Source of the DNA: an uncultured Methanoregulaceae archaeon
Lineage (GTDB): Archaea > Halobacteriota > Methanomicrobia > Methanomicrobiales > Methanospirillaceae
Assembly (NCBI GenBank): GCA_963705255.1
Contig: OY970061.1
Coordinates: forward strand, 672,001-736,000
Length of the DNA stretch: 64,000 nt
Reading direction: 5' to 3'
Translations under genes and position numbers: made by a program
Shown here: positions 42,468 to 53,293 of the stretch, piece by piece
Position numbering within the stretch: the stretch's first letter is position 1
Layout: every line of letters starts with the position of its first letter
Notes under the pieces: generated by a model
Seen by the model: only the letters and a program-made list of their open reading frames with translations
What the model was told of the DNA's origin: nothing
Database searches by the model: none

Positions 42468-43511
42468 ATGGCAAAGATGATTGCATCCCCCCATTCACTT
42501 GCCACCGGCGTAGGCGCGCTCCCCCATACCGATCCGGTCGAAGCGTGTGACGATGTGCTTGCCGTCTTCCCGGAGTTCCCGTACATACCCACCCTCCCGG
42601 ACCGGGGCCAGCTGGAGAGCATCGTCTTCAACGACTCCGAGCAGCTACCGGGACGGGTTATCCGGGAAGACCGGCTCCTCTTCGACAGCACCCGGGATCA
42701 GACTGCAGCAATGGAATCCGTGTACATGGACTATGTCGAAGGCAATTATGCCGCGTACGGCCTTCACCGGGAATATGCCTCTGCTTTCATCGAGATGATG
42801 TCCCGCCGGTTGCCGGCCGTTCAGGCGCTCAAGTGCCAGGTGACCGGACCGGTCACGTTCGGGATGCAGGTCGTTGACGCGAACAAGCGGCCCATCTACT
42901 ACGATACCCAGCTCGCCGACGTCCTGTCCAAGATGATCGCCCTCAAGGCCCGCTGGTGCGAGGAGGAGATGAAGAAGAAGACCGGCGTGTCCGGGACCCT
43001 TGTCGTCCTGAACGAACCGTACCTTGCATCGCTCGGCTCTTCGGTCGTGCCGGTAGACCGCGAGAGCGTCAGGACCGGCTGGGAGGACATCGCGGCACTT
43101 GTCGAAGGCGGGCTCGGCGTCCACTGCTGCTCGAACACGGACTGGGAGTTTGTACTTGGCCTCAACCCATCCGTTGTCTCGCTCGATGCCTATGCCACGG
43201 CCAGGGAGTTCCTCCTGTACACGGAAGCCGTCATCTCCTACATGGAACGCGGGGGAGTTGTTGCCTGGGGGATCGTACCCGCGGATTACCGGATCTTTAC
43301 TACGGAGACCGTGGACTCGCTGTATGAGCGCTACCTCGCAATACGATCGCAGCTCACGGCCCGGATGCCGGAAGATCTCTTCGATGCCCAGTCGCTCATA
43401 ACCCCGAGCTGCGGTATCCGGTTTGCCGATCGCAGCGGGTCCCGTGCAATCATGGGAGCAGCAGCCGGGATATCCCGGCGTATCAGGGCAGAAAACCGTG
43501 ACCTGCCATAA
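42468..43511 (+). CDS. Core (folate-independent) methionine synthase-like methyltransferase, MesB-like
   Basis: TGVGALPH, QVTGPVT, NEPYL, GVHCCSNTDW, SLDAY, AWGIVP, ITPSCG; single MetE-type catalytic barrel. Confidence 0.75.
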   Translation: MAKMIASPHSLATGVGALPHTDPVEACDDVLAVFPEFPYIPTLPDRGQLESIVFNDSEQLPGRVIREDRLLFDSTRDQTAAMESVYMDYVEGNYAAYGLHREYASAFIEMMSRRLPAVQALKCQVTGPVTFGMQVVDANKRPIYYDTQLADVLSKMIALKARWCEEEMKKKTGVSGTLVVLNEPYLASLGSSVVPVDRESVRTGWEDIAALVEGGLGVHCCSNTDWEFVLGLNPSVVSLDAYATAREFLLYTEAVISYMERGGVVAWGIVPADYRIFTTETVDSLYERYLAIRSQLTARMPEDLFDAQSLITPSCGIRFADRSGSRAIMGAAAGISRRIRAENRDLP

Positions 43512-43521
43512 TGGGATCACC

Positions 43522-44289
43522 ATGCCTCAAAAGCCATTCACCATTGCCATCTCCGGGAAAGGCGGCACCGGAAAGACGACCATCAGTTCGCTCCTCGTCC
43601 GCTCCTTCATCGAACTGGGGGAGGCACCGGTCCTTGCCGTGGACGCGGACCCGAATGCCAACCTCCACGAGGCCCTCGGCGTCACCGTCCGCGAGACGCT
43701 CGGGAGCATGCGGGAGGAGGCGTTCACCCGCACCATTCCCCCGGGCATGAACCGGCACGACTATGTGAAATACCGTTTCCGGCAGGCCCTTGTCGAAGCC
43801 GAAGGGTTCGACCTGGCTGCCATGGGAAGGCCTGAAGGGAGCGGGTGCTACTGTTTTGCCAATGATCTGCTCTCGGAATGCATGCTGAATCTTGAACGGG
43901 ACTATCACTTCATTGTCATTGATACCGAAGCAGGCATGGAGCACATCAGCCGGGGGACTATCGGGAAACCGGATATGCTCCTTATCGTGAGCGACCCCGG
44001 GGCCCGCGGGCTCCGCACGATCTCACGTATCCGGGAGATCGCGACCCAGCTGGGCCTTGAGAATGGGAAGATCCATATCGTATTCAACCGGTACAAATCC
44101 GGCACAGCCCCGGTCGACATCGGGGACGAGTCGCCAATAGCGATTGTCCCGGACGATCCTGCGGTCGAGAGCGCCGACCTTGCAGCTTCCCCGGTGTCGC
44201 TGATCCCGGCCGGAAGTCCTGCCCGGATCGCGGTGCGGGCACTTGCCGAGAAGATACGGGCGATGGCACGGGAAAAGGGCGGCAGGTAA
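43522..44289 (+). CDS. cooC: CooC/AcsF nickel-insertion ATPase
   Basis: GKGGTGKT, DADPNANL, GRPEGSGCYC, DTEAGMEH. Confidence 0.92.
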   Translation: MPQKPFTIAISGKGGTGKTTISSLLVRSFIELGEAPVLAVDADPNANLHEALGVTVRETLGSMREEAFTRTIPPGMNRHDYVKYRFRQALVEAEGFDLAAMGRPEGSGCYCFANDLLSECMLNLERDYHFIVIDTEAGMEHISRGTIGKPDMLLIVSDPGARGLRTISRIREIATQLGLENGKIHIVFNRYKSGTAPVDIGDESPIAIVPDDPAVESADLAASPVSLIPAGSPARIAVRALAEKIRAMAREKGGR

Positions 44290-44395
44290 TGATGGGTTTG
44301 AATTGGGAAATTTCTCATAAAAATTATTTCATAGGTTCTTGAGATAGTGCGATAATCTATACTGATGGGGCTTATTCCTTTATACCCCTAATTAG

Positions 44396-44511
44396 GATGA
44401 ACGCCGCCGCCCCCGGCGGGGCGCCCCCGCGGCGGATCGATTACCTGAAAAATTCTAAAACACGTCCCTGCCCCGCCGTGCCTCGGAGAGGCCCTGAGGC
44501 GGGGAACCCTC
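44396..44511 (+). repeat. Dispersed two-hairpin GC-rich repeat, copy A
   Basis: Near-identical to 57798-57911. Confidence 0.9.
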
Positions 44512-44625
44512 ACAATTTTTCCTATCTTTACTATTTTTATAGTTCTGGCGTGAACTGAATTTGTTCAGATCCATTTCTTGCTTCGGTATTTATCAATCAA
44601 AAAAATATCCAAAAAGATAAACTCC

Positions 44626-45168
44626 CTACAAAAATACGGCCGCTGCAATGGTGGTCGTCCAGAGGCCGTTCTTGTCCCCCTCGGCCGACTGGCAGATATG
44701 CTTGGTCTTGATGATCTTGCCGCTCGCCTTGTAGATCTGTTCCCGCTCCTGCCATGCGAGGCTGACATCGAACTCGATCCCGAGGGTCGTTGCCAGCATG
44801 GTGGCGGCCAGGTCCTCGGCATATTCCCCGGTCTTCTGCTGGGTCTCGCCGAATGCATGGTGTTCCGACAGATAACCATATTCTTCCGAGTCGCTGGGAA
44901 GGGCAAGCCCGATGGCAGACGAGACGAGACGGTTCGGCTCATTGGTCTCGTTCCTTGCCATGACACAGAACGTCATGGCCCCCGGGGCCAGTTTTTTCAG
45001 TCCCATCGACCGGGTGATCTGTCTGCATTTCGGCGGGAAGATACTCGAGACATAGACGAGGTTGCACTTCTCTATGCCCGCTTTCCGCAGTGCCAGTTCG
45101 AATGACGCCAGACGATCTTTATGGACACCTACACCCTTGGTGAAAAAGATCTTTGTCGGAACATACAT
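44626..45168 (-). CDS. pdaD: Pyruvoyl-dependent arginine decarboxylase
   Basis: [39 protein letters not shown]. Confidence 0.93.
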   Translation of the reverse strand: MYVPTKIFFTKGVGVHKDRLASFELALRKAGIEKCNLVYVSSIFPPKCRQITRSMGLKKLAPGAMTFCVMARNETNEPNRLVSSAIGLALPSDSEEYGYLSEHHAFGETQQKTGEYAEDLAATMLATTLGIEFDVSLAWQEREQIYKASGKIIKTKHICQSAEGDKNGLWTTTIAAAVFL

Positions 45169-45304
45169 ATTTTGTAGTTTATCTGTCCCGCTTTTTAAGT
45201 TTTTTATTAAACGGATTATTTTTTAAAAATATCCGATTAGCTTTGGCAGAAAATACCGGATCGCGCTGAAATTCAGGTTTCGGATCAGGAAGAACACATC
45301 CGGA

Positions 45305-46018
45305 TTACAGGACAGGTTCCGAGAGGCTCCTGACGATGGAACGGAGTTCTTCCATGCCGTCGATGATAAAGTCGGCCCCGGCATACTCCCGGGTGGCAGA
45401 GAACCGGTCACCGTACCGGGCATAGACGGTCCTGATCCCAAGGTGCCGGCAGGGTTCGAGGTCCCTCCTCGGGCTGTCCCCGACAAACAACGAATCCGCG
45501 GTACCGGCCCTCAGCATCTCGAGCGCAGAGAGGAACGGTTGTTGTGCAGGTTTCCTGACCTGTACCATATCATACGTGACCATCCCCGCAAAGAACCGGA
45601 TGAGACCCGTTTTTTCCAGGCGAAGCACAGCGTCCCGGGAGTGTGCATCGGTAACGATGCCCATGGCGAGTCCCTGTTCCCGGATCTGCTGCAGGGCGTC
45701 TGCAACCCCGGGATACGGGATGATATTCCTGAGTTTTTCCCGCTCATAGCAATGACAGGCTTTCGTGAAGCTGCCATCGGTCGCCAGCCCGCGTTCTGCC
45801 ATGAACTGCCGGATATTTTCATGGGACTCGAAGCCGTGGGCGGGGGAGAGGAAATACGAGAAGAGTTCGTCCCCGTCATCGTATCCCAGCTGCTCCACAA
45901 CTGCCTGACACGCAGAGATCTGCGCACCAACGAGGTCAAAGAGCGTGTTGTCCATGTCGAACAAAACCGTAGTGACAGGTTTTTGAAGAATTTCCCGGTC
46001 CCGCAAATCACGAATCAC
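45305..46018 (-). CDS. HAD-superfamily hydrolase
   Basis: FDMDNTL, VTD, KP, VGDS..RD. Confidence 0.9.
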   Translation of the reverse strand: MIRDLRDREILQKPVTTVLFDMDNTLFDLVGAQISACQAVVEQLGYDDGDELFSYFLSPAHGFESHENIRQFMAERGLATDGSFTKACHCYEREKLRNIIPYPGVADALQQIREQGLAMGIVTDAHSRDAVLRLEKTGLIRFFAGMVTYDMVQVRKPAQQPFLSALEMLRAGTADSLFVGDSPRRDLEPCRHLGIRTVYARYGDRFSATREYAGADFIIDGMEELRSIVRSLSEPVL

Positions 46019-46505
46019 GCAGTACTATTATCCCTGATTCACTAAAATTAAATCGCTTGCGGTAAATTATGGAAGTAAAACCGGTCTTCTTTTCAATCTG
46101 CCCGTTACATTGATCGAAATACCCGCAGAAACGCATGGCGGGGCTCACTGATGATGCCGGTCAGGGACTCTCTCTCGTATTTTCCTTCCCGGCAGAGTTG
46201 ATGGCATCGGTCATTATCCCATCGCTCACAGGCCGGTACTTTGCAGGGCGCTCAGGCAGGATTGAAACTATTCGTGTTCCTCGTCAATTCGTCCATCGAA
46301 CTGCGAAAAGCGCACCACAGGAATACCATCGTAATCATTCTTTTCCCCGTTTCTGTCAGTAATATGGGTCATGGCAAAGGTTTTTGCCGGAAGTTCTTTT
46401 TCCGGCTGGATTGCATATGAATATAAATGGCAACAGGTAACCGGTACGTACTACCGGAGTATTTTCATCCGGCACATCGGGGGAATTGGTATTACCGAAG
46501 CGGTC

Positions 46506-46676
46506 ATGGAGCCTGTCATCGCAATTCTGACCGGGGCAGTTCTGATAGCTGCCGGTATCGTCTCCTCCTCAGCGGTGCCACAATGGGCAGGGATCATTCT
46601 GAGTGTCGCCGGTGTTGCAACCGTACTTATCGGGATGATCATGCTGTTCGCCCTTGCACAGCAGGGAAAAAAATAA
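46506..46676 (+). CDS. Small 2-TM membrane protein (56 aa)
   Basis: MEPVIAILTG... two hydrophobic helices, QQGKK end. Confidence 0.55.
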   Translation: MEPVIAILTGAVLIAAGIVSSSAVPQWAGIILSVAGVATVLIGMIMLFALAQQGKK

Positions 46677-46900
46677 CCGGACATGCATCCACGTCCGGTG
46701 CAGCCGGAACAGGTGAACTCCGCCCGGACGACCTTTCCTGGCAGCGACGGGAAGAACGTTCGATACCCGGCAACAGACCCGGGGCCATGACCGTGTCCCG
46801 CTGATGTACGAAAACAGCCGGCCGGGATTGTCATCTCCGGTACAAAATCAAACATTTTACCTCCCGGCTGGACATACAGAATACCTGAGGGCTGTCTTCC

Positions 46901-48217
46901 ATGGACGATATCTTTCTCGTAGAGATCCGCCTCGCCCGGACGAAATGGCGGGTTTCTGAGATGAGCTTCGGGATTGCAGATTCGTTCCATGTGAAGCAGC
47001 ATATGGAGCGGCACCCGCACATCACCCTTTTCGGCCCCCTTGTACTGAAAAACGGATACGGCTCCCGGACGCTGCTCGCAGCGGTCGGACGCGTAGCGCG
47101 GCAATCTCCCCCAGTCCCGTACCTGATCGACGGCTTTGAACAACGGGAGGGCATGCACGGGAGTGTCATCGCATTCCCGGTACTGCCCTCGGATTCCCTC
47201 AGGTACCTCACCTCCCGGATCGCGGAAGAGTTGTCCGTTATCTCGGTCAGCCAGAACGCGTGGGACGAGCACCCGGAGAAAAAATGGTTCCATGTCACGA
47301 TAGCCAACCGGCTCACGCAGAAAAAAGCCTCGGAAATTTTTACCGCCCTAACGTCACCGGTTCCCGCCGCGGGGCCCCGGCATATCCCTCCCCGGGGAAT
47401 CGGCCCGGGGATCCTGTCTGCCCTGAGCCGCATCGTACCTTTCAGGAAACAACCGGTGGCTTTCCTTCCACCGCTCATCGACGATGCCGGCCTCAGGATC
47501 ACCGTTATGAAGGGTCAGCAGATCCTGGCCGAATACGACCTCGTCCGGAGACGCTGGATCATGAACGCGGAGCTCAAAGACATACGGTCGTGGCAGGAGA
47601 CGATATCATGGTACCGGCGTCAGGCCGGTTTTGAAGTGGTACGCCCGGCGGGGCCTTCCGGGGAAGAGATCTTTGTGATCGCGGACCTCCACTTTGGCCA
47701 TGCCAACATCATCCGGTACTGTTCCCGCCCGTTCCTTTTTTCCGATGTAAGAGTCATGGACGAAGTCCTCACCCGGAACTGGAACTGCACGGTGGGTCCC
47801 GGAAACCAGGTATATGTCCTCGGAGACCTCCGGTACGGCAGCCAGGCCCCGCCCGCCCGCCAGTACCTGAAGAACCTCCAGGGCTCCGTCACGTTCATCC
47901 GGGGGAACCATGACAGCCGGGAACTCGGGGCCGTTCCGAGTGCGGTTCTTGAGTACGACGGGTTCAGGTTCCTGCTCGTCCACGACCCGGCAGATGCAAC
48001 CGACGGTTTTGACGGCTGGGTTATCCACGGCCACCACCACAACAACGATCTCCGCTCGTTCCCATTCGTGAACATTGCCGGGCGGCGGATCAATGTAAGT
48101 GCAGAAGTGACCGGGTACGTCCCGGTGGCCCTGGGGGAACTCTGCGCCATCATCCGGAGCAGGCTGGCGACCGGAAGTAACGAACCGATCCTCCTCCGCT
48201 ATCCCTGCGTCCGGTAG
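46901..48217 (+). CDS. 2H phosphoesterase (2'-5' RNA ligase-like) fused to calcineurin-like metallophosphoesterase
   Basis: HITL and HVTI 2H motifs; DLHFGH, LGD, GNHD, HGHHH. Confidence 0.8.
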   Translation: MDDIFLVEIRLARTKWRVSEMSFGIADSFHVKQHMERHPHITLFGPLVLKNGYGSRTLLAAVGRVARQSPPVPYLIDGFEQREGMHGSVIAFPVLPSDSLRYLTSRIAEELSVISVSQNAWDEHPEKKWFHVTIANRLTQKKASEIFTALTSPVPAAGPRHIPPRGIGPGILSALSRIVPFRKQPVAFLPPLIDDAGLRITVMKGQQILAEYDLVRRRWIMNAELKDIRSWQETISWYRRQAGFEVVRPAGPSGEEIFVIADLHFGHANIIRYCSRPFLFSDVRVMDEVLTRNWNCTVGPGNQVYVLGDLRYGSQAPPARQYLKNLQGSVTFIRGNHDSRELGAVPSAVLEYDGFRFLLVHDPADATDGFDGWVIHGHHHNNDLRSFPFVNIAGRRINVSAEVTGYVPVALGELCAIIRSRLATGSNEPILLRYPCVR

Positions 48218-48304
48218 CTGTCGGGAGGTTGTACGGGCAAAACAGGAAATATCATAACCTTTTTACCTGTCGGACGTGAACTTCCACGAAGGGAGAAAGA
48301 CGAG

Positions 48305-49671
48305 ATGCTGTTCGAACGGGTTGTTTCTGAAGGGCTCGCCCACAATTCCTATCTTGTCGCATCTGCCGGAAGAGCTGCAGTGATCGACCCGCGACGCGAC
48401 GTGGACATCTATGCTGAAACTGCCGCCCGCCATGAACTGGCCATCACCCACATCTTCGAGACGCACCGGAACGAGGATTACGTGAGCGGTTCGCTCGAAC
48501 TCCAGGACCGGTGCGGGGCAGAGATCTATCACGGTCACCGGACGGCTTTCGCATTTGGAAACTCCGTGCATGAGAATGACACATTTACGCTCGGTTCGCT
48601 CGAGCTTGGAGTCCTGGAGACCCCCGGGCATACCGAGGAGAGTATCTCGCTGGTCCTGCGGGACCGTGAAGTCTCCGACCGCCCCTTTATGGTCTTCTGC
48701 GGGGACACCCTCTTTGCCGGCGAGATCGGGCGGACGGACTTCTACGGGCCGGAGAGAAAGCCGAGATGGCTGCAAAGATCCATGACAGCATCCGGAACAA
48801 GATCCTCCCGCTCGGCGATGGCGTGATCGTCTGCCCGGCCCATGGTGCCGGGTCCGTCTGCGGCGGCGAGATAGCGGACCACCCGTTCACAACGGCAGGC
48901 TACGAGCGAGTCACCAATCCCCGGCTGGCTCTTGACCGCGAGACCTTCATCAGGAACCGGGAAGCCGAATCCCCTTACCTCCCACCCTATTTCCGGCAGA
49001 TGGAGATGCAAAACCTCAACGGAGCACCGCTCCTCCACCGGGTCCCGGACCTGCGCCCGCTCTCCATCACAGAAGTGAACCAGTTCCGGAAATCCGGCTG
49101 CCAGATCCTCGATATCCGTTCGCCCACCAGTTTCGGGGCAGGCCACATCCCGGGCAGCATCTCGGTCTGGCGGGACGGGATCCCCGCGTTCATGGGCTGG
49201 TTCTTCGATTATAACCGCCCGGTCGTCATCGTCGACGATTTCAACCTCGCGCTGGAGAGGGTCATCCCCCATCTTGTCCGGCTCGGGTACGACACTATCG
49301 CCGGGTATCTGGCCGGCGGTTTCCCGGCATGGTCCAAAGCGGGGCAGGAGATCGCGACCGTCCCGACCTGCTCGGTCGGACAGATCAGGGACCGTCTTGA
49401 GACAACGACCCCGTTCCTCCTCGACGTGCGGGACATCAGGAACCGGAATGCCGTCGGCCATATCCGCGGGAGCCGCCATATCTATATCGGTGAACTTCCC
49501 GGGCGCCTCGATGAAGTTCCCCGGGACGAACCCGTCTTCGTTTACTGCGATGCCGGTTTCAAAGGGAGCCTGGCTGCCAGTATCCTCTCCCTCCACCATT
49601 ACCATAACGTCACCAACGTGCTCGGGGGCATGAGCGGGTGGAAGCAGGCCGGTTTCAGGATCGAACACTGA
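48305..49671 (+). CDS. MBL-fold hydrolase with two rhodanese domains; frameshift near 48760
   Basis: VIDP, ETHRNEDYVSG, TPGHT, GDTLF, PAHGAGSVCG, GHIPGS, VYCDAG. Confidence 0.85.
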
Positions 49672-49741
49672 CGTTTTTGGGCACCAGCGCCAATTGAAAA
49701 GATTTATCGTCTCCTGTTGGGAATCCGGTTGGTGATTGTCT

Positions 49742-50218
49742 ATGGATATCATCAAGATCCCACGGATGGACAAAGCTGAATACGACCGGCTGATCGAGAA
49801 GGGCTACATCTGCCGGATCGCGTTCCAGGGCGAAAAATATCCCTATATTGCCCCGTTCCTCTATGTGTTCGATGGATCATTCCTCTACTTCCTTTCGACG
49901 AAATACGGCAAGAAGATCGAATATTTCCGGAAAAGTCCCTACGTCTCGGTCGAGATCGAGAAGTATACGCGTGACCTCTCGTCGTACACGTTCGTCACAT
50001 TCCAGGGCTATCTCGAAGAAGTTCATGATTCCATCGAGAAGAAGATCATCAGGGAAAAATTCGTAGACCTGGTCGTTGACCGGAACCTCTCCTGCAATAT
50101 CCTTGCCGCGCTCGGCCATTCTCCGGACGACCCGCCCGTGGCGATCGCCGAAGAGGAGCGTTCCCTTGTCTGGAAACTTGTCGGGGTAAAAGACCTCGTG
50201 GCCCTGAAAAATCTCTGA
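49742..50218 (+). CDS. Pyridoxamine 5'-phosphate oxidase-like split-barrel flavin-binding protein (NimA-like)
   Basis: CRIAF..YPYIAPFLYV..LYF...GKKIEY...PYVSVE. Confidence 0.8.
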   Translation: MDIIKIPRMDKAEYDRLIEKGYICRIAFQGEKYPYIAPFLYVFDGSFLYFLSTKYGKKIEYFRKSPYVSVEIEKYTRDLSSYTFVTFQGYLEEVHDSIEKKIIREKFVDLVVDRNLSCNILAALGHSPDDPPVAIAEEERSLVWKLVGVKDLVALKNL

Positions 50219-50223
50219 AAAGA

Positions 50224-52369
50224 TCATTCCTTCCGTTCTTTTCTCCCCACCAGGAGTTTCCGGAGCATCTCCTCAGGGTCGGTGACCGGTATCGAACACT
50301 GTTGTCCTGAACAGATGTACGCAGTTGCCTTACCATCAGCCATGACAAGATCGCGGGTAAACGGTGCAGCATCTGAAACTGCCGTACCGCTCTCCCCGGA
50401 CGGGAGGCAGAGGACAGTCACCGACGGCAGGTAATTCGCATGCAGTACGGTAATCATGTTCTGCATATCGCCGGAACCGGGCCTCCCGACAAGAACGATC
50501 TCCTGCGACGGCCCTGTTGCGAGATCAAGTCCGCAGAGGAAGAATGCATGTGCAGATGGCGACCGGGCCACGCCATTGATGAAACTGCCGGAGAGGTCAG
50601 AAGCCATTTTCTCGTAACCAGCGTCTCCGGTAAGCCGTGAGAGTCTCAGAAGGTTTGAGAACGCGATGGAGTTGCAGGACGGGTATGCCCCGTCGTGGAT
50701 CTCCTTCCCGCGTACAATCAGCGGCTCCGGGCTCTCCGAAGCCGTAAAGAATCCACCCTTCTCTTTGTCCCAGAAACGGGTGACCAGCGTCCGGTTCAGC
50801 TCAATGGCGGAGGAAAGGAACCGGATGTCAAACGTGGTTTCGTACAGTTCAATGAGCGCAAAGATGACCGATGCATAATCGCCGGCAAATCCCGGTATCC
50901 CTGCATCACCGGAGAAATAGCGGTGGAAGAGACCGCCCTGTGAGTCATGCATGCGCGACAGGACGAACTCCATCGCATCACGTGCCGTATCCAGGTACCG
51001 GGGTTCGTCAAAAGCCCTTGATGCCTGTGCAAGGGCTGCGATGACGAGCCCGTTCCAGTCGGCAAGGATCTTCCCGTCCCGGGACGGGCGGGGGCGGTTC
51101 AGCCGGACAGAGAAGAGCTGTTGCTGGATCGACTTCAGCCTGGCCTCCAGCTCCGGTTCCCTGAGCCCGAGGGAGGCTGCCACCGTACCCAGCGGCACCA
51201 CCCGGGAGAGGATATTCATCCCTTTCCCGTGTTCCGGGCTCTGGAAATTCCCTTCTTTCGTAGCACCATAGATGAGGGAAGCAATCAGGGCATCCTCCGG
51301 TCCCAGCGCCTGGTCCATCTCCGCGACCGTCCAGAGATAAAACCTTCCCTCGCCGCCGGGACTGTCCGCGTCCTCCCCGAAATAAAACGCACCTTCCGGC
51401 GATGACAGGTCGCGCAGGACATAGGCGATGGTCGCTTCCGCTGTCTGGCGGTATGACTGCCGGCGGGTGGCCTGGTATGCCTCCGTGTATGCCATGATAA
51501 GGAGCGCCTGGTCGTAGAGCATCTTCTCAAAATGGGGCACGTTCCACTTTGCATCTGTCGAGTACCCGGTGGAACCCGCCGCCGAGCTGGTCGCAGATCC
51601 CCCCGCCCTGCATCGCGTCGAGGGTCTTCTCAGCCATGGAACGCGCATCCGGGTTACCGGTCCGGGCCCGGTCCCTGAGCAGGAAGAGGAGCGTGTGCGG
51701 GGAGGGAAATTTCGGGGCTCTTCCAAAGCCACCGTTCTCTAGGTCGAACTGGATCTCGAGTTCCCCGAACCCCTCTTCGGGAAGTGAGGCGATCGGGACG
51801 CTGCCGCCCGTCCCCGGGTCCTGAGGCTGGAGCGCCGACGTGATCGTCTCCGCCGACCGCAGAAGATCTTCCCGCTGGTTCTGCCACACGGACGTGATAC
51901 GAGGCAGGAGGTCGACGAGGCCGCCCATGGAGAAACGGCGTTCCTTCGGGATGTAGGTCGCGGCAAAGAACGGTTTTTTGTCCGGAGTCATGACAATGGT
52001 GAGCGGCCACCCGCCCTGCCCGGTCAGCATCTGGCAGACGGCCATGTACACGCTGTCGATATCCGGGCGTTCCTCCCGGTCCACCTTGATGCAGATGAAC
52101 GATTCGTTGAGGAGGGAGGCAACGAACGGGTCCTCGAACGACTCGTGCGCCATGACGTGGCACCAGTGGCAGGTCGAGTACCCGATGGAAAGGAAGACCG
52201 GCTTCTGTTCTGCAGCTGCCCGGGCAAATGCCTCGTCCCCCCAGGGATACCAGTCGACCGGGTTCTCTGCATGCTGGAGGAGGTACGGGCTCTTCGCGTC
52301 TGCCAGGTGGTTGTGCTGTCCGGAGCGTGAACCCTTACCGGTATCTTCCCGTGCAGGATCCCGTTGCAT
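50224..52369 (-). CDS. YyaL/SSP411-type thioredoxin-domain protein; frameshift near 51567
   Basis: [53 protein letters not shown]. Confidence 0.9.
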
Positions 52370-52499
52370 ACCTGCTCATGGGCAGCGCGGGATAATGAGC
52401 TTATCAGAAGGAGCATTATGATGAGTTTTTCCCGGAGACATCCTCCAGCGACACCTCCCCTTATGTGCCGGAGAAGTCAACCGGAGGTATATCCAACCC

Positions 52500-53219
52500 A
52501 TGATCCCAATCGACTTTCTGACGGTTGTACTGACTGGCATCCTCGTCATCTTCGTATCGAAAGCGCTCGATCTCCTCTGGGCCCGCATGATCACGGTACG
52601 GGGGATGTACCTGCTCGTAAGGGCGCCGGGGATCGTTATCCACGAATGTTCCCATATCCTCGGCTGCCTTCTCACCGGGGCAAAAGTGAAGAATATTGTA
52701 CTGCTTTCAAAAGAGGGCGGTTCAGTCACCTACTCGCCATCTCCCGTCCCGTATCTCGGGGACGTGGTCATCAACACCGCCCCGCTCTTCTGCATTCCTC
52801 TCGTCCTGTACGGCTGCACCTGGATCTTCTCTTCGTATCTCGGGTGCAGTATCCCGGCACTCCCGCCCGTGATCGGTTCTGCGGGTGCGGTGAGCCTCAT
52901 GGCGTCACAGATAGCCGGCATGTTCGCAGCAAACCTGCTGGATCATTTCAATCCATGGTTCCTCGTCTACCTCTACCTGACCGTGAGCCTCGTTCTCTCG
53001 CTTGCCCCGAGCAGGCAGGACATGAAGAACGCAGCTTTCGGGATTGCAATCATCGTCGCAGCAGGCGCGCTCGTCTTCTGGAGCAACTCTATGCCGGCAG
53101 TCAACATCCTCGATACGATCACGGGCGTTATCGGGATAAGCTTCGGGCTTGCGCTCGGGTTCGGCGTTATCGCCCTGGTGATTTCATTACCTCTCCTGAT
53201 TATCTGCGCCTTCCGGTAA
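52500..53219 (+). CDS. Membrane zinc metalloprotease (M50-like)
   Basis: PGIVIHECSH (HExxH), APL, PSRQD, multiple TM helices. Confidence 0.7.
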   Translation: MIPIDFLTVVLTGILVIFVSKALDLLWARMITVRGMYLLVRAPGIVIHECSHILGCLLTGAKVKNIVLLSKEGGSVTYSPSPVPYLGDVVINTAPLFCIPLVLYGCTWIFSSYLGCSIPALPPVIGSAGAVSLMASQIAGMFAANLLDHFNPWFLVYLYLTVSLVLSLAPSRQDMKNAAFGIAIIVAAGALVFWSNSMPAVNILDTITGVIGISFGLALGFGVIALVISLPLLIICAFR

Positions 53220-53293
53220 TGATAAGGGGATCGCACACCTGACCCCATCTCCATCACTCTTAATTTCTCCGGCGCTCCACCTTTCTCGTACCC

